Positions 1 to 7,647 of a DNA stretch of 8,935 nucleotides are shown here, piece after piece. Position 1 is the first letter of the stretch. Each line of letters opens with the position of its first letter. The notes beneath the pieces were generated by a model. The model ran no database searches. It was not told where the DNA came from and worked only from the letters and a program-made list of their open reading frames with translations. The translations under genes were made by a program, and so were the position numbers. The stretch spans positions 1 to 8,935 of the forward strand of contig NW_021828132.1 of NCBI RefSeq assembly GCF_006345805.1, read 5' to 3'. This DNA comes from Octopus sinensis. Its lineage: Eukaryota.

Positions 1-190
1 TCAACCCACCACCGCTTCTCAAACGTTGTTGGTTTATTTATGTCACAGGGATTAGCGCTTCAGTAAAAATGTTCGATAAAAATGTACTGGTGTCAATTTG
101 TCCTGCAAAACCTTTCAGAGCAATGCCCCCCACCCGCCGCTAGCATGGCCGCTGTCCAATGACCGACATGAATAAATGCTGAAAGATAAA
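1..190 (+). mobile_element. 3' half of a tRNA-derived SINE (type A in this report), old and diverged, cut by the window start
   Basis: 9-42 (ccaccgcttctcaaacgttgttggtttatttatgtc) aligns with 2385-2418 (ctactgcttgacaattgttgtaggtttgtttacatc) at about 24/34. It ends in agcatggccgctgtccaatgaccga...aaagataaa, which I recognise as an octopus SINE 3' end. The family name is not verified. Confidence 0.6.
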
Positions 191-289
191 CGATATTGTA
201 GATGTCGCAACACGCATCAGACGTTTTTCCGAGTAATGCCATCAAATTTCGGACGAGAACAATTCTCAGTGCAATACATTATATGTATG

Positions 290-1610
290 GCAGCAAATGC
301 ACAATCCTTACAATTAAATATAAAACCGTTTGGGTACCTTACTATATAAACACTTTACATCATGCTTAAAGACCACAAGAGACTTTCGAATTTCAGAATT
401 TCCTATACTTCTGAAATTAATCTAACCAAGCCTTACAACAATGATCTGAGGTTATTTGGAAAGAATATTAGACTCCATTAGTCTAAACATTAGAAATTTT
501 ACTAGATTACTAAATTAGCACAATGAAATAATAGTATTGTAGATATTCGGTGGTATAAGATTATAGATGATAAGGCACAAAATGAACTATCTGTCTAACG
601 GAACATAATAGAATACTATCCTTCAATGTTAAAATATCTACTCCCGAAAACCATGGAATTTGAGGAAGAATACATCACATTCAATGATATTACTATCAAT
701 ATTATTATGAACAAAAGGGAATCACGTATGTTTTACGACAATTCCTACTGAGTCAACAAAAAATTGGAAACGTGATCCTATATTTGACGTCTCGGTGGGG
801 AGTTGGATGAATTTGATGGCTGTGAACTAGTAAACGTCCTTATTCTCCATAATATTAAGAAACGTACAAGTTTCTACATATTCGGGTTACATAGAGATGA
901 TAGCCTCACCGTGTACTACGATATGGACAAATTTAGAAAGCAACAAATAGAATTTTATGGTGCATGGCCTCAGACACACAGCTACACTGACCTTAGAACT
1001 ATTATTAATTTCTTAAATCCCATCACAGACAAGCACCACCGTAATCAACATCTAAATGAGACCACCACGTATATAAATAAAATTCTAACGACATCTGCTA
1101 TTATAAACTAATAATATACAGAATATGTAAATGAGTATCGAACAGCAGAGATATTTTCAATGCATTACAATGCAGCACCAATATGTTGCACAATGAGAAG
1201 GCTGTCTGGACAGGAAAAGATCTTATAAAGAACATCCTTACAAAAAAGCAGTTACGGAAAGATGATTATCATATGGTTTAACCCACCATATAGGATATAT
1301 AAAAATATACACCTAAGCTACAACTTCATTATTTTAGCTAAACATTTTCCCATTAAAAAACTCCAAACGTTTTTAATAGAAAATAATATAAAAGTCAGCT
1401 GTTAATGCTTAGGAAATGTTGTCTCGTGGATCACACAACATAACCGTCTCAACCCCACCTCGCAGACCTCTCTAAACAAAACAAAACCAATCAACCAACC
1501 TTTATCTAAACTCTCGTCTCAACAACCACATTGTAATTCCAAAATCACTGGTTAGGACGTCGAACAAACATTTTGTAGATGACCTCATATATTTGAGTGA
1601 AACGTTTCTG
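290..1610 (+). pseudogene. Decayed Penelope-like element (PLE) ORF: reverse transcriptase, thumb/linker and start of the C-terminal GIY-YIG region
   Basis: Manual translation gives collinear motifs. YIMLKDHK (356-379); RILDSISLNIRNFTRLLN (462-515); Q*NNSIVDIRWYK (521-559); NIIEYYPS (602-625, motif A, D lost); IIMNKRESRMF (701-733); WKRDPIFDVSVGS (765-803) then a 1-nt shift to DEFDGCELV (806-832, motif B); GLHRDDSL (884-907, motif C); IINFL; YINK; NAAP (1169-1180); IIIWFNPPY (1265-1291); KHFP (1340-1351); NNIKVSC*CLGNV (~1382-1420); HN (1439-1444); DDLIY (1578-1592). Disabled by stops (347, 524, 596, 1109, 1226, 1403) and several frameshifts. Confidence 0.85.
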
Positions 1611-1619
1611 ATTTCTTCT

Positions 1620-1690
1620 TGTGTGTGTGTGTGTGTGTGCGTGTGTGTGTGTGTGTGCGTGAGCACGCTTGCAGTTTGTGTTTGCGTGTG
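1620..1690. repeat. (TG)n microsatellite, perfect core then degenerate
   Basis: About 20 TG units at 1620-1661, followed by broken TG units to ~1690. Confidence 0.95.
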
Positions 1691-1865
1691 GGAATATAGC
1701 TCAAGACCAAAGCCTATTAATGTTATTACCGCAAAACCTCGACCAGAAATTGAGCTTCAATCAGTGATAAAAATGTTAAGATGGCAGCTGATTTATGTGT
1801 CTCGGCTTACCATTGCCAATGGTTACCAGATGGCTGTGAACGTGTTTGACTGTGAAAGACTTTAA
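1691..1865 (+). pseudogene. Possible continuation of the PLE GIY-YIG endonuclease beyond the microsatellite
   Basis: In the same frame as DDLIY: ...PEIELQSVIKMLRWQLIYVSRLTIANGYQMAVNVFDCERL. This loosely resembles the PLE endonuclease pattern TELS..IW...W.IL...NG..CNLC..EK. Similarity is weak and judged by eye. Confidence 0.3.
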
Positions 1866-2015
1866 TTTAAGTCTCTGATTTGAACACAACAAATTTTGAT
1901 TCTTCATTGCAAAACGGCTCCGTTATAGATTCAGTTCCACTGCACAATACCTTGTGCAAGTGTCTTCTATTATAGCTTTGGACCGATCAGCGTTGTGTGA
2001 ATGAATATGGTAGAC

Positions 2016-2280
2016 AGAAATAGAAGGAAATAGAAGGCGGCGAGCTGGCAGAAATGTTAGCACGCCGGGCGAAATGCTTGGCGGTATTTCGTCTGCCGTT
2101 ACGTTCTGAGTTCAAATTCCGCCGAGGTCGACTTTGCCTTTCATCCTTGCGGGGTCGATAAATTAAGTACCAGTTACGCACTGGGGTCGATGTAATCGGC
2201 TTAATCCGTTTGTCTGTCCTTGTTTGTCCTCTCTGTGTTTAGCCTCTTGTGGGCAATAAAAAATAAGAAATAGAAGGAAA
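2016..2280 (+). repeat. 15-bp target-site duplication agaaatagaaggaaa (2016-2030 and 2266-2280)
   Basis: Exact direct repeat. Removing the insert plus one copy restores ggtagacagaaatagaaggaaacccgttgtat, a continuous type A SINE. Confidence 0.85.
2031..2265 (+). mobile_element. Full-length, young type B tRNA-derived SINE (octopus OK/OR-like; exact family not assigned)
   Basis: tRNA-like head: ggcgg (2036-2040) pairs with ccgcc (2119-2123), A-box-like tggcagaaatg, B-box gttcaaatt (2110-2118). Core gtcgactttgcctttcatcc...ggggtcgat is shared with four other in-window copies. Simple-repeat tail. Flanked by a 15-bp direct repeat. Confidence 0.9.
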
Positions 2281-2315
2281 CCCGTTGTATTATACACAAA
2301 TACTCATAAATATAA

Positions 2316-2362
2316 ACGCATGCGCGCGCGCGCGTGTGTGGTGTGTGTGTGTGTGTGTGTGT
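2316..2362. repeat. (CG)6 plus (GT)n alternating purine-pyrimidine tract
   Basis: acgcatgcgcgcgcgcgcgtgtgtg (25 nt, alternating), then a phase shift and (GT)11. Confidence 0.9.
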
Positions 2363-2689
2363 CTGTTTGTCTTTGTGTTTGTCCTTCTACTGCTTGACAA
2401 TTGTTGTAGGTTTGTTTACATCCAATAATATCTTACACGAAGAAACTGTTCACTAGTTATTGTACTCGTGGTTGGTGTATTATTTAGAAGCTCTGTCCAC
2501 CATTTTGGTCAGACCGACACTGGATAATAAGAAAGATATTTCGGCTTAAATGAAAAATATCCTGCATTGTTGGAACGTTAGATTATGCAAATTATCGAAA
2601 TGAAAATGTGTGTATTTATAAACTTCATTTACATAGTATTAATTAAAAGTAATTTTATAAGCTTATTATTATTCAGTTCAATAAGGGTT

Positions 2690-3132
2690 GACTCTGTATG
2701 TATACGCATACCCATACACGTACGCGGACACACACATCTATCGGTTTGTATATGTATATACGCAATGTATTTACATATATATTATAATTTTACAAATACG
2801 TTTGATTATGTGCACATATTTATCATAAATTTAATATATACATTTTACATATATCTATATATATATATATATATATATATAAATTACATATATATATGTA
2901 TAAGAATATATATACCTATATATATATTATTTTTGTATATATATTATATATATATGTATATATATACACACATAAAAATATATATATATAAATGCGCGCG
3001 TGCGTTTGTAATATGATATATATATAAACATTCATACATACATACACACACATCTCTCTCTCTCTCTCTCTCTACCTCTCTCTCTATCTACATATATATA
3101 ATTGTACATATATATATACACACATATATACA
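2690..3132. repeat. Compound (TA)n/(CA)n/(CT)n low-complexity region
   Basis: TA runs at 2849-2880 and elsewhere, (CT)n at ~3053-3088, interspersed TACA/CACA units. Confidence 0.9.
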
Positions 3133-3135
3133 TGT

Positions 3136-3625
3136 GGCAAAGAGCGAGCTGAAGAGAAGCGTGTATGGGATCGGAAAGTTATTCAATTCAATTATAAAAT
3201 GACTGGAGTTGATATATGGAATATGGAATGATGGCGCCACTACTATCTCGTCCAACGTCATTTCCGGAAGCGAATATGACACGTTCATAAAACCACGCAC
3301 CATTTCTGTAATATTGTGAGAAGCTACAATAATCTTTCAAGTGCATATTTTGATATCTATTGACGATGTTTCTACAATTTTGCTTTGTACTTTGGCCAGT
3401 CCACTTAGTGTAAAGTGGGAACTGACCAATTGCATCAGTAGGTTGTGAAATCTCTGTTCAGTGATAAAAAGATTTAGTTTTTTTCTTCTCGTGCGGTATT
3501 TTTGAGAAATGTTCTCAACAAGCTTAACAAATGGACTCTTTAGGATGATTGACAGAATTTGCCAAAAAGCAGCAGAAATCCAATTTGTGATTCCACCTAT
3601 GATATTAGTGTTAGTTTTCATATCG
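3136..3625 (+). pseudogene. Probable relic of a piggyBac-family (PGBD-like) transposase, C-terminal half
   Basis: Frame starting at 3136 reads GKERAEEKRVWDRKVIQFNYKMTGVDIWNME*WRHYYLVQR. FNYKMTGVD matches the piggyBac YN..MGGVD motif holding the third catalytic Asp. A shifted frame gives FIKPRTISVIL* (cf. F...LD.SVVNAW). Near 3555-3620, RICQKA...CD.HL...C..FH across frameshifts resembles the cysteine-rich tail. Multiple stops; the downstream boundary is uncertain. Confidence 0.5.
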
Positions 3626-3741
3626 AGACCCTCAAATGTACGTCTATAAAACATTAAGCGCTCCTCTCATGCTTTCAGCTTGGCCAACCTCAAAATCTCT
3701 CCCCCTATCCAAATCCTTTGCCATTAATGTACGCATATATA

Positions 3742-3903
3742 ATTTCGTCCGTCTTTACATGCTGAGTTCAAATTCAGCTGAGGTCGACTTTGTCATTCAT
3801 CGTTTCGGGGTCGATAAAATAAGTACCAGTTGAGTACTGGGGTCGATATAATCGACCTACCACCTCCCCGAAATTGCTGGCCTTGTGCCAAAATTTGAAA
3901 TCG
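3742..3903 (+). mobile_element. 5'-truncated type B SINE with tail variant 2
   Basis: tttcgtccgtctttacatgctgagttcaaattcagctgaggtcgactttgtcattcatcgtttcggggtcgataaaataagtaccagttgagtactggggtcgatataatcgac aligns to 2088-2200. The tail differs: cctccccgaaattgctggccttgtgcc. Confidence 0.85.
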
Positions 3904-3907
3904 ATAT

Positions 3908-4090
3908 AGGAGAGTGCCTGGCAATAATCTTAGCAGTATTTCATCCGTCTTTACGTTCTGAGTTCAAATTACGCCGCGGTCGATTTTGCCTTTCAGAATT
4001 TCAGAGTCGATGAAATAAGCAGCATTTGAATACTAGTATTAATATAATCGAACTTAACCCTTCCCCTCAAATTGTTGGTTGCAGCAGTCC
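3908..4090 (+). mobile_element. Older type B SINE with a 21-bp deletion in the head, tail variant 2
   Basis: aggagagtgcctggcaataatcttagc|agtatttcatccgtctttacgttctgagttcaaattacgccgcggtcgattttgcctttc. Its tail cccctcaaattgttgg resembles 3865-3880. Confidence 0.75.
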
Positions 4091-4327
4091 CAGACGAGAA
4101 CACTATCATAGCAAGCAACTTGAGTGAACGAACTTTTGGCTAAAATTAGGTTCATCAAAAATGTCCTGCCTGTTTTTGTATCGTCTGCATGTCTGACAAA
4201 ACACGACAGTTGTCTGAAAATATATTTAGATATGTTTTTTTTTGTTGTAGCTACGAATACTGGCGGCTGGGGTTTCAATTTCATTTCGTTCTACTTAAAT
4301 ATATATTGTAAAGAATTTCAATATAAT

Positions 4328-4690
4328 CCTTTCTACTACTGACAAAAGGCCTGAAATTATGTGGGAGGGGACTAGTCGATTACATCAACCCCATTGCGTA
4401 ACTGGTACTTAATTAATTGACCCCCAAAGGATGAAAGGCAAAGTCGACACCGGAGGAATTTGAACTTAGAATGTAGCGGCTGACGAAATATCTATTTCTT
4501 TACTACACACAAGGGGCTACACACAGAGAGGACAGACGAACGGATTAAGTCGATTATATCAACCCCAGTGCGTAACTGATACTTATTTAATCGACCCCGA
4601 AAGGAATTTCGACCAAGAACGTAGCAGTAGACGAAATACCGCTAAGCATTTCGCCCGGCGTGCTAACGTTTCTGCCAGCTCGCCGCCTTG
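4328..4690 (-). mobile_element. Composite type B SINE: head-core-tail1-core-tail2, inside a 16-bp TSD
   Basis: Reverse complement from 4689 reads aaggcggcgagctggcagaaacgttagcacgccgggcgaaatgcttagcggtatttcg...tail1 ...gtaaagaaatag|atatttcgtcagccgctacattctaagttcaaattcc...core...tail2. Flanks agaatttcaatataat (4312-4327) and agaagttctatataat (4691-4706) match 14/16. Confidence 0.85.
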
Positions 4691-4823
4691 AGAAGTTCTA
4701 TATAATGAAAGTATTTTGGCGTTGTTTCGTCTGGATTCTGCCCCGGGTTTGAAACGAATATTACTCGATTGAAAAATTCCTTATAATGGTATTTGTTATA
4801 AATGATTTTTACTTGCTCACACC

Positions 4824-5034
4824 AAGGGGTGCGGAAAAGGTCTTGATTCTGGGTAAAAGAAAATACAGGATCAATTAACTATGATTTTATTCAACACGTT
4901 CCCCTCTAAGATCCATACAATTATTGCAGCAGTTCTTTAGTTTTTCTAAGCCCTGTAAAAGAACTCGGAAGACTGAGCCTCCAACCAGGCGTTTCACGAT
5001 ATCCTTAAAGCCAGGAACTTTTCAGCAACCACTT
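4824..5034. mobile_element. Non-autonomous Tc1/mariner-type MITE with eroded terminal inverted repeats
   Basis: Left aaggggtgcggaaaaggtcttgattct (4824-4850) versus the reverse complement of the right end, aagtggttgctgaaaagttcctggcttt (5007-5034): about 20/28 identical. The ...gctgaaaagttcc pattern is typical of mariner TIRs. No ORF; the TA TSDs are not intact. Confidence 0.6.
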
Positions 5035-5380
5035 ATCTATTTAATATAGGCATATATGTTTCCGATTAAACAAGCATTTGAGAAATGTATTCTATGTATA
5101 ATTCTTTTGAGTATAGTAGCAACAATTAAAAAAGAATCTCAGGGTTTCGTATGTCATCTTTTTTCTCTTTGAAGCAGCATTTCGTTTTCATTAAAATAAA
5201 ACAATAACTTATAAGTTTATATAACATTATAAAAAATATGGTCAAAGCGCTTCTTTATATTGTAACATTTAGATATATAATAATGGAAGACAAACAGAAT
5301 CTTGTGACATAAGTGAAATGTCACAGTGAGAGAATAGAGAACAAGCTAAAGAGGAAATGAACGAGAGGGAAACGGATAGA

Positions 5381-5442
5381 CATATATATATGTATATATA
5401 TATATGTATATATATATGTTTATATATATATATATAATATAA

Positions 5443-5518
<76 letters not shown>

Positions 5519-5782
5519 AATGTATATGTATATATATGTTTTTTATATATATGTTTATATATTTATATATACATAATATATGTATATTTGTATATATACG
5601 TATATATATATATGTATATATACATATATATATGTATGCAAATATATATATATACATGTATATACATAATATATATATATATGTACGTATATGTATATAG
5701 ATATATGTATGAATATATGTATATATGTATGTATATATGTTATATATATATATATATATTATATAGTATATATATATATATG

Positions 5783-5821
<39 letters not shown>

Positions 5822-5870
5822 CTATATATATATGTATATATATATGTATATATATAGTAAGTATGTATGC
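5381..5870. repeat. Long compound (TA)n microsatellite with (GT)n block
   Basis: Perfect (TA)n at ~5449-5487, (GT)n at 5488-5510, then TA/TATG/TACA variants to ~5870. Confidence 0.97.
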
Positions 5871-5989
5871 ATGTAAGAAATGACATGAAATATAAGGAAT
5901 GTAGATGCACAACGGGATGTAGAAGAAGAGTGACATTGGCCTGTGTATTGTAAATGATATGAAAAATTTTAATGTCAAGGGAGAATGTG

Positions 5990-7190
5990 TTTATATGAGG
6001 CAGAGGAGAAGAAAATTTAAGACAGGCTGAGGAAATAAAAGTGAGTTGAAAGAGAGAGGGAGAGAGTGGAGGAGGGAGCGAGAGAGAGAGGAATGCAGAG
6101 GGAGAGAGAGGTGCGAAGGTGAGACTGAAGGAGAGGGAGAGAGAGAGGCAAGAGAATGAAAAGGAGAAACAGAGACGGAGAGGTAAGAGACAGAGAAAAG
6201 GGATGGAGCGAGAGAAAGAGAGAGGGTCAAAGAGAAAGAGAGGCGAGAAAGTTAGGGGAGAGTTAGGGAGAGACTGAGAAAGGGAGGGTCAGAGAAAGAG
6301 AGAAACCGAAAGAGAGACGGGGAGCGAGAGAGTGCGAAAGGGACAGGAGAGAAAGAGACTGAGAAACAGAGGTATGAAAGAGAGACCGAAAGAAAGAGAG
6401 GAGAGAGAGACTGAGAGAGATAGAAAATTAGAAGCAAAACAAAAGCGGATTTGTGAGGAGGGGTGTGTGAGACTCTGGAAAGATTTTATTTATTTGTAGG
6501 GAAATGGTTTTACAGAAAGGATGGCACTATAACTTATGGAATTATAGTGTGAGTGAAGAGAGGAAAACAAAGAGGAGAGAAGGGAAAGAAAAGAGGAGAG
6601 AAAGAATGAAAGGTATAAAAAGATAGAGAGAAAGAGAGAAAAAGAGGGAGGGAAGAGAATCAGAGGAAAAGAAGAGAAAGAGAGAAAAAGAGGGAGGGAA
6701 GAGAATCAGAGGAAAAGAAAAGAAAGAGAGAAAAAGAGGGAGGGAAGAGAATCAGAGGAAAAGAAAAGAAAGAGAAAGAAGAAGAATGAGAAGGAGAGAG
6801 AGAGAAGAAGAGAAAGAGAAAGAAGAAGAAGAGGGAGAGAGAGAAGAAGAGGGACAGAGAGACGAGAGAGAGACAGAAGAAGAAGAGGGAGAGAGAGAAG
6901 AGGGAGAGAGAGAGAAGAAGAGGGAGAGAGAGAGAAGAAGAGGGAGAGAGAGAAGAGAGAGAGACAGCAGAAGAAGAGGGAGAGAGAGTGGCAGGAAAAG
7001 TAGAAGGCGTCACACTAAAAAATTAAAGAAAGATTGGTAAGTGCTGGAAATGGAAAGGAGGAGAAAGGAAGAGTGGGAGAAAGGAGCAGGGGGGGAAAGA
7101 AGCAGGTGGTAGAAGCGTGTGTGAGAAGGAGCTTGGGTGTGGCCAAGAATAAATAGTTATTAAGAACAGGAGAAGGGAGAACATTTCAAT
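5990..7190 (+). repeat. Polypurine (GA-rich) low-complexity tract
   Basis: The + strand is almost all A/G for ~1.2 kb, apart from a mixed island at ~6425-6560. Confidence 0.95.
6628..6765 (+). repeat. Minisatellite, 3 x 46 bp
   Basis: Unit gagaaagagagaaaaagagggagggaagagaatcagaggaaaagaa at 6628, 6674 and 6720 (one substitution in copy 3). The marker aatcagagg recurs at 6658, 6704 and 6750. Confidence 0.95.
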
Positions 7191-7322
7191 TAAAAGAAGT
7201 CACGTTAATAAATAAATACATTAGCGAACTAAATTAATTAAGGTAGGAATGAAATAGCTTGAAACAAAATCAACCGGAATAAAATAATACTAATAATGAT
7301 AATAAAAAATGTAAATAGATAT

Positions 7323-7500
7323 AGGTGATGGGTATGGTTGTGTCTGTGGTTAAGAAGCTCGCTTTACAACCAAGTGATTCTGCGTTCAATTCCTCTGCGT
7401 GCCAACCTACGCAAGTGTTATCTACTACAGCCCACGTGTCAGCCACGTGTCCTGTGAGTGAATTTCGGTAGACAGAAATTGTGTGGATGCCAGTTGTGTG
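7323..7500 (+). mobile_element. Type A tRNA-derived SINE, head intact, running into a microsatellite
   Basis: A-box-like tggttgtgtctgtggttaag, B-box gttcaattcc (7384-7393), body homologous to 1930-2020. Confidence 0.8.
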
Positions 7501-7647
7501 TGTACGTATGTATGTATATATATATATATATAAATATATATATAATATATACATATGTATGTATGTAATGTATGTATGTATGTATGTAGTATGTATGTAT
7601 AGGCATTATTTGTATTATATAGATATATATATATATATATAGATATA
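7495..7647. repeat. (TA)n/(TATG)n compound microsatellite
   Basis: Visible TA and TATG arrays. Confidence 0.95.

Larger units (their letters stand above)
1907..2440 (+). mobile_element. Type A tRNA-derived SINE (host), 5'-degenerate, split by a type B SINE and carrying an internal (CG)/(GT) tract
   Basis: 1930-2020 (ttcagttccactgc...gcaagtgtcttctattatagc...tgtgaatgaatatggtagacagaaa) is homologous to 7385-7478 (ttcaattcctctgc...gcaagtgttatctactacagc...tgtgagtgaatttcggtagacagaaa). It resumes at 2281 (cccgttgtat) and its distal part 2385-2420 matches window positions 9-45. Confidence 0.75.

Noticed and set aside
524-526. In-frame TGA in the PLE ORF as possible selenocysteine (some Naiad PLEs encode selenoproteins)
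   Set aside because: It aligns to a conserved Trp (QW), so it is a TGG-to-TGA change. Most other stops are TAA/TAG, and frameshifts show general decay.
803-1111. 102-aa ORF as a stand-alone gene
   Set aside because: It is the stop-free middle of the RT pseudogene; the TTG start lies at a frameshift.
2036-2123. tRNA gene (also at 4600-4689 and 7323-7400)
   Set aside because: A/B boxes and an acceptor-like stem are present, but there is no proper cloverleaf and each continues into a repeated SINE body.
3088-3833. ORFs 3088-3303 (-), 3337-3654 (-) and 3636-3833 (+) as exons
   Set aside because: No recognisable domain. The minus ORFs are antisense to the piggyBac-like relic or run into microsatellite, and the plus ORF runs into a SINE.
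4235-4315. Acceptor-like ttttttttgttgtag followed by YEYWRLGFQFHFVLLKYIL*
   Set aside because: No convincing donor, no homology and no other exons; such sites are common in AT-rich DNA.
1987-4342. ORFs 1987-2181, 4054-4284 and 4124-4342
   Set aside because: They overlap SINEs or featureless AT-rich DNA and have no recognisable protein similarity.
1809-6549. Isolated 7-8 bp hairpins (1809-1823, 5303-5325, 6525-6549)
   Set aside because: A few such stems are expected by chance in 9 kb of AT-rich DNA, and none has a supporting context.
6628-6765. CRISPR-like array
   Set aside because: The repeats are directly adjacent with no unique spacers, and the context is eukaryotic with no cas genes.
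7030-7045. Donor-like tg|gtaagt (also gtaagt at ~5857)
   Set aside because: The upstream sequence is low-complexity repeat with no plausible exon.
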